From: Octopus bimaculoides
Lineage: Eukaryota
Length of the DNA stretch: 56,855 nt
Reading direction: 5' to 3'
Assembly (NCBI RefSeq): GCF_001194135.2
Contig: NC_069005.1
Span: forward strand, 11,939,505 to 11,996,359
Position numbers and translations under genes: made by a program. Below the pieces are notes generated by a model, which worked only from the letters and a program-made list of their open reading frames with translations, made no database searches and was not told the origin of the DNA. Every line of letters starts with the position of its first letter. The stretch's first letter is position 1. Positions 1 to 12,844 of this stretch are shown here, in pieces.

Positions 1-40
<40 letters not shown>

Positions 41-476
41 GCACACGTGCACATATCATCGTCACACTTATTATTATGTGTATATACATGTGTATATATG
101 TAGGTATGTAAGTATGTATGTATGTATGCATTCATGTGTGTGACCTTTTCTTCCCCTTATTCTAATTCATTTGTTATGGCTCCTCACAGAATACCTATTT
201 AGCTTCATACTCTTAGGCCAGCTATTTTATAAAACCGTCATAAATTAAGTTAGCACATAAATATTTCGCTTAATTTGCGTATTTGTGCTTTTGACGGCTC
301 TTCGTTAATTAAACGGTATCTATATTATGCATAATTTTGCACAAGGTGAAACTTTTGAGTGGTTAAATTTATTTGTGCTAAACTTAAGATATTTCTGTAG
401 TTATTCCTCTCCTTCGTTTCTCTGCTACCCACTTTCTCTTTTCACACATACACACATACACACACATATTACACAA

Positions 477-514
<38 letters not shown>

Positions 515-3500
515 ACACACAAACTTACGCGTGTATATATCATTATCTCTCCTGGCTAACTTCAAACCTTACACATAAGGCATTTCTCTCCTTCAAAACT
601 GAATACAAATTGTATAGAATATAAGTGTTTGCTCTCACCACTAAAAGTTAGTCCAGGAGATAGGAAACCCGATATGTTCACTCCTATTGTTAGTAACGAG
701 CCAATGAAGAGGGTAACCAATCTATGTTTGCTCCAACAACTTCTAACAACAGCCACAGCTCCTTTACATCACATATCATAGCGCATTACAAAATAAGGAA
801 GGTAACATCAAACAGTTTAACCTTAAAATTTCTTTAAAAATATGGAGTAGTCACACTTTGCATGCTTTGGCCATGGATATGGTCAATTATACTCGACATG
901 TTTATTAACAAGAACAACAAATGTTGTAGTGTCAGCAACAATATCAAAACCCTTTGATACCCTCCAATGAGGGGTCATTACACTCACTAAACCTAGCCTA
1001 AATAATAGCTCAAATTTCCGTAATGTTATATGGCTACGTGTGTTCTTGCTTCAAATAAGTTTGGATCCATCCTGTCTCAGTTTATAAACGATGCACTTAA
1101 ATCGATTCGCTTTTTATTTCTATTCTTCACTTTTACTTCTTGGCAGAAAGTGGATGTATTCAGACCTAGAGAGGAATGTGCTATTCCGCTGTGTAAAATG
1201 CTCAACACACGTCTGGTGTTAAAATCGCTGCCCTACGATTCCATTTCTATTTCATACAGGCAGAAAGAAAGTAATATGAGAGGAAACAAAGTTGATATAG
1301 AGATGTATAACACTTTAGCTGAAATTACAATCACAACATCGTGAGAATGTATTAACTTGAGGAGTAATCCTGGTCAAGACAAAAAGCCAAACAACTAAAT
1401 TAATAAAATTAATTAAAATTGTAATGCAATAGGAGACGGGTCTGATAAAGAAATTATCCATGAAAATAATGCATTTCTGTCGGTCAGGAATATTTCGACT
1501 GGTTTGTTGGGGTAACACTATCAACTCGTTCGTACAGAAATATTTCCCATTAACTATTATGATCCATGAGGAGAAGGCAGACTGGCTGACAGAATCGTTA
1601 ATACCCCCAACAAAATGATCAGCGATATTTCGTCCGTCTTAACACTCAAAGTTCAAATTCTGTGGCGGTCAACTCAGAGGTCGATAAAAAATATGTAGTA
1701 CTGAGGAGTATGTAATCCAATAATCACCCCATTATTCAAAGAGGTGGAAATGAAGACATTGTGTCCTTCAAACACGTCTGACTGCTTACATGACTTAAGT
1801 AAAACGTAAATGTTTCATCCGGGTAAACGAAATAGTAGAACAATTTTATTGTTCATGAAGAAGGTGAACGATTGAATTATTATAAGTGACCTACATGACA
1901 AAAGACGCATTCGCGCTCATTAAATTTCGTACCATTAAATAAAAATACTGTAACCTGTATGTGTCCCAATAATTAGGAAACAAATGTAATTATTGCAATT
2001 TAATTACTGAATTTTATTATTGGTACCATAACAAAATTAATGTGACTTAAGATATTATTTAATAAAAAACGTTACTAGTTTTTCGTTTTCTTAATTGATT
2101 TACATTCTGTTCGGGAGGAAAGATAAAGATAAAACAAAAACTACACAAAAAACGAAAAATAAACAGGTCTTTCTTTAATATATTTTCAGAATGTACGACT
2201 TGTTTCGGTGTAGTGCCAAAAACCTAAGATTGCATTATCTCTCTCTCTCTCTCTCTCTNNNNNNNNNNNNNNNNNNNNNNNNNNNNNNNNNNNNNNNNNN
2301 NNNNNNNNNNNNNNNNNNNNNNNNNNNNNNNNNNNNNNNNNNNNNNNNNNNNNNNNNNNNNNNNNNNNNNNNNNNNNNNNNNNNNNNNNNNNNNNNNNNN
2401 NNNNNNNNNNNNNNNNNNNNNNNNNNNNNNNNNNNNNNNNNNNNNNNNNNNNNNNNNNNNNNNNNNNNNNNNNNNNNNNNNNNNNNNNNNNNNNNNNNNN
2501 NNNNNNNNNNNNNNNNNNNNNNNNNNNNNNNNNNNNNNNNNNNNNNNNNNNNNNNNNNNNNNNNNNNNNNNNNNNNNNNNNNNNNNNNNNNNNNNNNNNN
2601 NNNNNNNNNNNNNNNNNNNNNNNNNNNNNNNNNNNNNNNNNNNNNNNNNNNNNNNNNNNNNNNNNNNNNNNNNNNNNNNNNNNNNNNNNNNNNNNNNNNN
2701 NNNNNNNNNNNNNNNNNNNNNNNNNNNNNNNNNNNNNNNNNNNNNNNNNNNNNNNNNNNNNNNNNNNNNNNNNNNNNNNNNNNNNNNNNNNNNNNNNNNN
2801 NNNNNNNNNNNNNNNNNNNNNNNNNNNNNNNNNNNNNNNNNNNNNNNNNNNNNNNNNNNNNNNNNNNNNNNNNNNNNNNNNNNNNNNNNNNNNNNNNNNN
2901 NNNNNNNNNNNNNNNNNNNNNNNNNNNNNNNNNNNNNNNNNNNNNNNNNNNNNNNNNNNNNNNNNNNNNNNNNNNNNNNNNNNNNNNNNNNNNNNNNNNN
3001 NNNNNNNNNNNNNNNNNNNNNNNNNNNNNNNNNNNNNNNNNNNNNNNNNNNNNNNNNNNNNNNNNNNNNNNNNNNNNNNNNNNNNNNNNNNNNNNNNNNN
3101 NNNNNNNNNNNNNNNNNNNNNNNNNNNNNNNNNNNNNNNNNNNNNNNNNNNNNNNNNNNNNNNNNATGATGGGTGGGCGCCTCTCATGAATGGGGAAAAT
3201 TGAAGATGTGTCAAAAAGCCTCATTGGTACTTGGAAACTTTTACGAAAATTAAAATGGGGATTAAATGAAAAAAATGATTTGCGTGAATATCCTCATAAG
3301 AGTAATTGAAATAAATGGCGATTGTGGAACCCCCCACGCACGTACGCACGCGCGCGCACATACACACGTGTGTATTTGTAAATATGTTTGTATACATTTA
3401 TGTATGTGTGTGTTTGTAAGAGACAGAGTGTGAGTGAGAGAGAGAGGTTTGTTGTCATGTATACGTACATGCATAAATATACATACATCTNNNNNNNNNN

Positions 3501-5046
3501 NNNNNNNNNNNNNNNNNNNNNNNNNNNNNNNNNNNNNNNNNNNNNNNNNNNNNNNNNNNNNNNNNNNNNNNNNNNNNNNNNNNNNNNNNNNNNNNNNNNN
3601 NNNNNNNNNNNNNNNNNNNNNNNNNNNNNNNNNNNNNNNNNNNNNNNNNNNNNNNNNNNNNNNNNNNNNNNNNNNNNNNNNNNNNNNNNNNNNNNNNNNN
3701 NNNNNNNNNNNNNNNNNNNNNNNNNNNNNNNNNNNNNNNNNNNNNNNNNNNNNNNNNNNNNNNNNNNNNNNNNNNNNNNNNNNNNNNNNNNNNNNNNNNN
3801 NNNNNNNNNNNNNNNNNNNNNNNNNNNNNNNNNNNNNNNNNNNNNNNNNNNNNNNNNNNNNNNNNNNNNNNNNNNNNNNNNNNNNNNNNNNNNNNNNNNN
3901 NNNNNNNNNNNNNNNNNNNNNNNNNNNNNNNNNNNNNNNNNNNNNNNNNNNNNNNNNNNNNNNNNNNNNNNNNNNNNNNNNNNNNNNNNNNNNNNNNNNN
4001 NNNNNNNNNNNNNNNNNNNNNNNNNNNNNNNNNNNNNNNNNNNNNNNNNNNNNNNNNNNNNNNNNNNNNNNNNNNNNNNNNNNNNNNNNNNNNNNNNNNN
4101 NNNNNNNNNNNNNNNNNNNNNNNNNNNNNNNNNNNNNNNNNNNNNNNNNNNNNNNNNNNNNNNNNNNNNNATATATATAAAATAGTGTACATTTAAACAC
4201 AAGAGAAAACTGCCTTCAACAGGTAGTTTTTACACGCTAGAAGAACCAGTCAAAACTACCAAGACCACATTTAAGAGCAATCTTCAAAAGGAATGAAAAA
4301 TAAGACCTTTTACCTTGTTATTTTATTCCGGTCAGACCTAAGTTTCTAATTTTTTTTAGCAAATGAAATAATTTTCTAGGCGAAATGTTCATCAGTGACC
4401 GCACCTTAACACTAACATATAATTAAGAGACAATTAACACGTGTCTCTTCGTTATACATTATAAGTTTTCAAATTCACCGCGCAAGCGCAGTTTCATTCG
4501 GCAAGAAGAAAATGGAGGGGAGCGAGAGATAGTATGCATCAACTTTTAAACTTTATATTATGTCTATTTATTAACTTTAAACAGTTATGAGAATATATAT
4601 ACATGTGTAATGATTGTGTTTTACATATATAAGTGCCAGTAATTTCTAGCATAGAGAAAGAAGAACAGTTTCTTACGTGTATATATTTTCTCATAATTGT
4701 TTAAAATGAATAAATAGACATAAAATAATGTCTAACAGTTGATGGATACTACCTCTGGATCTTCATTTTCTTCTTGCCGTATAAATTAAGGGTAAAACCA
4801 CTTGTTACCCTCGCCCATTTATTACGCTCAGTAGTGTAATTGCTACGTAATAACCAACACTTGTGTATTTATAATTGGGTATTCTACTAGCGGTATATTG
4901 GATAGATATAACCCTATCCCTTTGTAGGTTGGATTCACAACCTCTAACTCTCTGTGAATTATACACACACACAAACACACACATTTTTATGTATGTTTGT
5001 TTGTATGTATGTATGTATGTATGCTGCAATGCATGTATGCATTATG

Positions 5047-5083
<37 letters not shown>

Positions 5084-5273
5084 NNNNNNNNNNNNNNNNN
5101 NNNNNNNNNNNNNNNNNNNNNNNNNNNNNNNNNNNNNNNNNNNNNNNNNNNNNNNNNNNNNNNNNNNNNNNNNNNNNNNNNNNNNNNNNNNNNNNNNNNN
5201 NNNNNNNNNNNNNNNNNNNNNNNNNNNNNNNNNNNNNNNNNNNNNNNNNNNNNNNNNNNNNNNNNNNNNNNNN

Positions 5274-5400
5274 GTAGCAGTTCGGCAAAAGAGACCCGAT
5301 AGAATAACTACTAGGCATACAAAGAACAAGTCCTGGAGTGAATTTCTTCGACTAAAGGCGGTACCCCAGCACGGCCGCAGCCAAATGACTGAAACAAATA
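5274..5400 (+). mobile_element. SINE family A 3' module, inverted copy of 5429-5555
   Basis: Reverse complement of 5429-5555 with 2 mismatches in 127 bp. Starts at the edge of an N gap. Confidence 0.85.
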
Positions 5401-5417
5401 GGTATGCATATGTATAC

Positions 5418-5840
5418 TTTTATTCTTTTATTTGATTCAGTCATTTGGCTGCGGCCGTGCTGGGGTACCGCCTTTAGTCGAAGAGATTCACTCCAGGACT
5501 TGTTCTTTGTATGCCTAGTAGTTATTCTATCGGGTCTCTTTTGCCGAACTGCTACTTTACGGGGACGTAAACACACCACCATCAGTTGTCAAGTGATGGT
5601 TGGGAACAAACACAGATACACAAACACACACGCACACTCTCATACATACACGCACACACACACACATATATATATACAACGGGCTTCTTTCAGTTTCCGT
5701 CTACCAAATCCACTCACACGGCTTTGGTCGTCCCGAGGCTATAGTAGAAGACACCTGCCCAAGATGGAACGCAGAGGGACTGAACCCGGATGCATGTGGT
5801 TGGTAAGCAAGCTACTTATCACACATACACTCCTGCGCCT
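5418..5840 (-). mobile_element. SINE family A, full length: tRNA-like head, internal (CA/TA)n, second module
   Basis: Minus strand begins aggcgcaggagtgtatgtgtgataagtagcttgc...gggttcagtccc (A/B-box-like). Continues ...ggaaactgaaagaagcccgttg, then a microsatellite, then ...cggcaaaagagacccgatagaataac...aaataaaagaataaaa tail. Same layout recurs many times in the window. Confidence 0.85.
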
Positions 5841-6874
5841 ACATAGGTAATTTTTGTATAAGCTCTGGGTCATTCTTCTTTCAACAAATGATTAAAAAGT
5901 TTTTATCCGCTACGTAAATATGTAAATATTATGTGTTTTAGATAAGTAAACACTACATTGATTAATATAACCTTTTCTATTCAAAGACGGTGTGGGCAAT
6001 TTAGCAGCTATTCATAACTAGTCGATCCAGCTTACAGGAATCTCTCCCTTATTTTTTGCTTCAATATTTATTAATATATATATATAGGGCCAAGAAGATC
6101 TTAAGATGTGAGAAACGTTGAAGTGCCCCACAAATGATTTATAGTGTTTGTTTTATGTTCCTCAAAGGAAACACTCGACAATTTCAATTCAACACTCCAT
6201 CATAAATGCCTCATACAGACACAGACATACACACACACACATACACAAACACAAGCACACACATAAACACACACACAAACATGCATATATGTATATATAC
6301 ATGTGTATACATCACATATATATTATTTATATATACATGTAACAACATATACATCTATATATATACACACATACATATATATATCCATACACAGAGACAC
6401 AGATACAGACAGACAGACACACACACATATATATATACACACACATTAATTTTAGAGCTGTTGACTGATTAAATCTAATGTTGTCTTATTCTCTTCAGTG
6501 GTTCGAAAGGCAAAACAATGGTAATGTCCCAAACTACGAGAAACATCACATTTCGTTTCTTTTTTCTTTTTTTTCTTCTTTTTTTCAAAGAATTATCACT
6601 ACTCGTGCATTAGTTTGATTTGCTTTTCTACAACTCTTCAAAATACACATAAACTAAACGCAAATGATATATTTTTCAATGTCATTTTTGAACCTGTAGA
6701 GCAATAGATTATGTTTTTGCATGGTTGCGCGTTCGTGCTTGCGTGGATGGACGTGGGTACACGTTTATGCATACGTGTCTATGTGTAATTTACCAAGATT
6801 TCAGCAATTGTCAGTTTCAAAAATTCTCATCGATCATTCAGTGTATTCAATCTTTTTCATTTCTTTATCTTATG

Positions 6875-6917
<43 letters not shown>

Positions 6918-7152
6918 AGCTTGGGACTGACGGTAGATATTTTATTTATTGTATGTGACTAGATTTTTTATTTGTCAGCATTTTAACGATTTAGCTAATT
7001 AAACGCTGTAAACACGATATCTTTCATTCAATTTTTTCCTTTTTAGTATTCTCGCGTTTGGATTCGAAGGACAAGATTGTTTCTTTGAACCGCACCCAAG
7101 TATTTAAACATTTATGTACCATAAAAGCTCATTTAGTTTTGATAATTCCAAC

Positions 7153-7365
7153 TTTTACTTTTACCTGTCACTAGTTTCAGCAAATTGGTCTGCGGCCATA
7201 CTAGGGTAAAAACTGCGAGGGCCCAGTCGAACGAATCGGTCTAGTACTTGTTTTTAAGTCTGGTTCTTATTCTGTCGGTTTCTTTTGCCGGATTATTACG
7301 TTACAGGTCGTAAACAGGCTAATATCGGTTGTTAAGCGGCAAAGGAGGGATAGACAAAAGGACTT
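7153..7365 (-). mobile_element. SINE family A 3' module, diverged
   Basis: ctgcggccatactag...agtcgaacgaatcg...ttattctgtcggtttcttttgccg matches the 5430-5560 module. Confidence 0.7.
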
Positions 7366-7439
7366 AGGTATACCCACGTACGTGTGAATATATGCATGTA
7401 ATTACATGTGGATGGTTGGCGATTTTTTTCCTTCTTCCA

Positions 7440-7600
7440 TTTCTCTGGGATTTTTCTCTGTTTCCTGATTCTGAAGATCTTTGCTCGAAGCGTAAAACTT
7501 CCTTTCTTCCCTTCCCCGAGCGTCTAATAACACTTTACATGCACTACGTCGACGCGCTGATTTTTCTTGTTGTGGCTTTTGCTTCGTTTTTTTATTATAC
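7440..7600 (+). mobile_element. possible Penelope-like terminal repeat relic
   Basis: ctgaagatctttgctcgaagcgtaaaac...cccgagcgtctaataacac resembles the CTGA.GA..CGAAACGT hammerhead-like motif of Penelope termini. Assignment is from memory of the family. Confidence 0.35.
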
Positions 7601-8050
7601 ACACATACATACACACATACACACATACATACATATATATAAATATATATGTATATATGTATATATATATATATATNNNNNNNNNNNNNNNNNNNNNNNN
7701 NNNNNNNNNNNNNNNNNNNNNNNNNNNTATATATATGAATAATTGATGAGTGTACAAATACTAAACTCTTACAGCCGTTTCTACCATGAGGCAGCCAAAT
7801 CTTCCATGTTATCCTCATCACGTGAATGATATACAGGGATGAAAAACATTGGATAGAAATTGGACAATCGTTGAGCCCTAAGGCTTCTACAGAGAGTCCA
7901 AATGTTAGGAAATTAACATGTGGGAAATTGAGTTAAAATAATAGAGTAGGGTAAAATAAAATAAAATATAATAAAAATAATGCAATAGAAATAATAAGGA
8001 ATGGGAAGGACTTCATCTTAAGGTGCTACTATAAGCCATGAATTTCCATC

Positions 8051-8165
8051 TTGTGGTATATAAATAAAGTCACTCTCAGGAGAAATTTCGGCAGGATGCG
8101 TTTCACATCGTGTTTGCATTATACCGGAAATTTCTCCTGACAGTGGCTTTATTTATTTACCACAA
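8051..8165. repeat. inverted repeat: 41/42-bp arms, 32-nt loop
   Basis: 8051-8091 versus reverse complement of 8124-8165: 38 identities, 3 mismatches (one is G.U on the + strand) and 1 bulge. Confidence 0.9.
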
Positions 8166-9578
8166 ATATAATATAAAATAAAGTGAATGGACTGATTTAA
8201 ATCACTGAAACAAAGTGGAAGCTAATATTGCATTCTTTGGGTAAACTGACCTGTCAATAGCAAGGAAATTTTATATTATCTGAATATTGAAAGACTAATA
8301 TCAATTGAATTGAACAGAGTAAAATATAACTCCAGCAGTATTATTTTTCTTAGTTGCAAAAACAATATAATTGTAAGGTTATCCTAGCAGTCGGAGTTGA
8401 AGATTGGTGCAAATTAGTTAAAACCCATATTATACAAATCTGTGAATATTTGACTAGGTTTACTCAGGTGGCATTCAGTATGAGTGAATTCAAAGAAAAT
8501 TACTAATATGAACGTAAACATTTTATTACTAATTCATTTCTGCATTCTAAGGATATGGAACATTTCTTCAAGGCAGAGATCACATTTCCAATTATAAAGT
8601 ACAGGACGAAGGACTACTGATAATTGACCATTCATTTGGTTTCGTATCCTTTAAAGTCCAAATGAACTTACTCAAAATAATACAGTTCATTTTTTCTCTC
8701 CGTTTTTGAAAGAAAGAAGATGATTACGTTGTCTCCTTTTAAAACCTGTAGAGCATGATCCATTGAAATACTTCAAAATACTTTCAGCTATTATTGTACA
8801 TTTATATACTCTATTATTTCTAAGGCATTGTCTTTCAAGTGGATATACTAAGTTGTTTCAATAGTTACAATTACGTTTTTCGTCAATATTAACCTTGTGC
8901 AGATTATTGACAGAAGTATTCTATATTCCATTTATCGGTTTCATAACACATCGAACTAGATGTGCCATTCGATTCCCTGTTCAGTTCATTAAATTCATAG
9001 TTAGGTAACTTGACAACCATTGACTCAATTATTGTTTTTATTAAAAATGTTAGATATACAAGTGTTCACTACATCTCTATTCTTATTCATATCATGTCCC
9101 ACTCCATTGAGATAGCTATTATTATTACTAGTATTATTATAATTATTTATATTTGTACTCGCCCCCTGTAATCAAACTCTCTAATTCTTTCAAACTGTGT
9201 TCTGCCTAATCACTGCCTCTCGGTGATACTCCTCTATTTGTTCCTGAATTGGTCGGTATAATGGCGTAACTCAGTCAATGTTGTTAACTGTGTTTTAGCT
9301 AAAGCTACAGCTTGAAGTCTATCCACAGTTGTCTCTCTTCGGCATTTCCCATTGATATCGACTAAAGAGCTAGAAACATCTCTGGGAATCCGACAGGGTG
9401 CAGCACAGGACAGATATGGTGTCTTTACACTTTTAACCATAAGAGAATTTTTTTTCCCCTCGGTAACTGCAGTGAATCTGCCTTTAGCAGTTGAAATATG
9501 TCACAAACATTTTAACTAACATGAAGTTCGCTAATGCCTAAACACTGCTTGGTGCTCATACAGCTGTGTGTGTGTAAA

Positions 9579-9611
<33 letters not shown>

Positions 9612-9616
9612 GTATG

Positions 9617-9710
<94 letters not shown>
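9612..9710. repeat. (TG)n microsatellite
   Basis: Near-perfect TG run of about 100 bp. Confidence 0.95.
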
Positions 9711-9711
<1 letters not shown>

Positions 9712-10384
9712 ATGACTTACCACGCCTCACCATATACAAATTCAGTCAGAAACCCCATAGAGTAAAATATATTTCGTATCCTGGCTGAATGAAATATAAG
9801 CTAAAAGCAGTAAAGCTTTGCCGAAACCAAGGTCTCCACGTGTAATAAAGTAATTTGTTTACTCCTGGTATAACTCATGTTGAAGAATTTAAATCATTTT
9901 TGCTTTGTTTCAAATTTATATTCATTCCATTTTTCTTTCATTTCTTCGTTTTAATCTTGTTCCTTTCCTCCGACAATTTCTTAAAGTATATTTGTGAAAT
10001 CCTAATACGTTAAACCATGTTATACGCACGGTTAAATATTTTAAATTAGTACAATGAAATTTTCATTTTTAGACTCGATGTTTTATGTTTGTCAGAAAAG
10101 AGGCCAAAACCTATTTAGCATTCTATTTAACTGTCGAAATGAATAAAATGAGACTAGGCTTGTTTGAGAAAAAATTAAGTGGAGTCTATACATTAAAAGC
10201 TAAGGAAATGTCAACCAATTAGGTATGAAATAATGCATTTTTAACTACAGAATTGGAAGAAGACAAAACTATAAACAAATAGCGTGTAAAATACTGGGTC
10301 TCGATTCCTATAAACAGCCTTCGACTTTTTCAATCCAAAGGATTATTAGCCCAACATTTCACACGATATTCTTTATACCTTTTA

Positions 10385-10596
10385 GGGTGGCAAGCTGGCA
10401 GAATTGTTAAGCATGACGGACAAAATGCTTAGCGGCATTTCGTCCGTCTCTACATTCTGAGTTCAAATTCTACCGAGGTCAACGTTGCTTTCATCTTTTC
10501 GCTGTCCATAAAGTACGTGCCATAAAACTGAACTCTGGGATCGATGTAATCAATTTATCCTCTTCCTGAAATTGCTGGCCTAATGCCAACATTATC
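10385..10596 (+). mobile_element. SINE family B
   Basis: ggcaagctggcagaattgttaagc...gttctgagttcaaattctaccgaggtcaac...ctgggatcgatgtaatc; recurrent motif set with B-box-like gagttcaaattc. Confidence 0.8.
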
Positions 10597-11639
10597 TATA
10601 GCTTTATTTACTTCGAGACCCAAGGTTAAACACGAATTACATCATGTTCTAACGAAGTTTCTAATTTTTTATGATGTAAATACAGAATATGCTGATAACA
10701 ATACAAAATAATTTTTGACCGAAGAATTTCCCTACGAAATCAATTTAAAAGTCATTAAAAACCATCCAAAATTTCTGCGATATTTCTATGAAATCGCTTG
10801 CTAAAGGAATACATTTTTGTCAGTTTACAATATTTAAAATTTCTAACTTATTCGAAGAAGCAACATACCATTTATACCATTAACAATATTAGTTCGTTCG
10901 ATGAATCAGAATTTCCCATTTCCACCTTATCTTAGAAAATTAGATCAAAGCATTTGAAATGCTAAATCATATCATATGGGTTTTGTAGAATCGGATTGGA
11001 ACAGAATACACCAATATTCCATAAACAGTTATATTAAATAGCTTCTAAAAGAAGCATCACATATTACCCAACAGTTAATGATATTTACAGGCAGTAAACC
11101 CCTGGACAGGGGTCGAGTACGAGACCGTTGTGTGTCAGGATACAGTTTAAGATGGCGTTTGTCAGAGTAGCTATTACTCTTTCATTTTATAAAAGGGACT
11201 TCCGTTTTACTTGGTTGACGACATGTAAGTGAGTCAATACGATTAACGCTTCGACAAAAATTTTCACAAGAAAGTAAATTAGATTTCAGATAAATAAATA
11301 TACACCCGTCCCGCTACTAACAACAAAAGTAACGGATATAATAATGATAATAACATATCTATATTTTTGATCGAGAACCCCAACATACATGAAGCGTCTT
11401 GTCTAAATGTTTCTAAAACACTTAAGGGTATGTAAAGTCATGTAAATTCTCGGCAAAGACATTTATAAAATTTATTAATACGTATAATTAAAAACAAAAA
11501 AAAAACTACATAAAATAATTCTACACACAAACACACACACACACCTATTGGCACTTTGTCTTTGTACACTTAGGATACAGCTTTGAAATAGAACGATCTT
11601 ATGGTCTTAAGAACTAGGATGTTTCTCTTTTTCTTTTGA

Positions 11640-11823
11640 ATTTTATTTTCTACTTGCTTCAGTCATTAGACTGTGGCCATGCAGGAGCACTGCCTTTAAG
11701 TATTTTAGTCGAACGAATCGATCCCAATACTTATTATTTTTTCCGAAACCCTAAGGTTCAGAGACGTGATCACACCAACAGCGGTTGTCATGCTTTGGTG
11801 GGAGACAGGCACACACACAAAGA

Positions 11824-11864
<41 letters not shown>

Positions 11865-12070
11865 ACACACATACACACACACACACGCACAAACACACAC
11901 TTATACATATGATGCGCCTCTTTCAGTTTTCCATTACCAAATCTACCCACAAGGCTTATAAGCAGCCCTAAGCCATAGTAGAAGACACTCGCCCAAGGTA
12001 CCACGCAATGAGATTGAACCCAGAAACGTGTGGTTGAGAAGCAAACTGCTTACCATCCCGCCAGGTCTGC
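11640..12070 (-). mobile_element. SINE family A with internal (CA)n
   Basis: cagtcattagactgtggccatgc...(CA)n...tagtagaagacactcgcccaaggtaccacgc...agcaaactgcttacc, collinear with 5418-5840. Confidence 0.85.
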
Positions 12071-12813
12071 TCTTATACTTATGCACACTCTTTGCAACGT
12101 TAATGTTGTCGATCACATGTCCATACTTGGTAGCAATGATAACAATGAGTCAAGAATCAATGTCAATGTCAAAGTCGCTTACTATCGTTCACATCACTAC
12201 CATTCAATGTAATGTGACACCAGGCCCTAAAAAGGTGTGTGAGCACCACTTCTGTCTGATTTTCCTGCTCACTCTCCGCTCATGAAAATCAGATATACGC
12301 ATCCATATATATAGCACAGTTTATGAAAGCGTAATTTCTCTACACACCGGCCTGAATATTCTTAATTACTCATGCGGGGAGATACCGAAAGCCCTTCCTG
12401 TCACATGGGCATTAAATTCGATAGAGATCAAGAAATATATTTGGGCGCTTGCTTCTTCAGGTTTTGCTTGGATTCGTGGACAATTTTGCCAGTGAGTTTA
12501 GAGGATTCGAACGCCGAACGCAGAGAGTTGGAACCGCTAGGCATTATGTCTGAGGATGTAACGATTCTGCAATTTCGATCAATTCCATATACATGTACAT
12601 ATAAACACACACAAATGTATGTATGTATGTATATATNNNNNNNNNNNNNNNNNNNNNNNNNNNNNNNNNNNNNNNNNNNNNNNNNNNNNNNNNNNNNNNN
12701 NNNNNNNNNNNNNNNNNNNNNNNNNNNNNNNNNNNNNNNNNNNNNNNNNNNNNNNNNNNNNNNNNNNNNNNNNNNNNNNNNNNNNNNNNNNNNNNNNNNN
12801 NNNNNNNNNNNAT

Positions 12814-12844
<31 letters not shown>

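Noticed and set aside
780-910. EGN..LAMDMVNYTRH, loosely like a DNA-transposase FAxDxxNYAR motif
   Set aside because: Spacing is off, flanked by stops, and I cannot name the family; likely chance.
8552-8640. Acceptor with tactaat branch and open frame GYGTFLQGRDHISNYK
   Set aside because: Only weak donors follow and the peptide is unrecognised.
12372-12580. Protein-like frames on both strands
   Set aside because: No recognisable domain, and splice signals are inconsistent between candidate frames.
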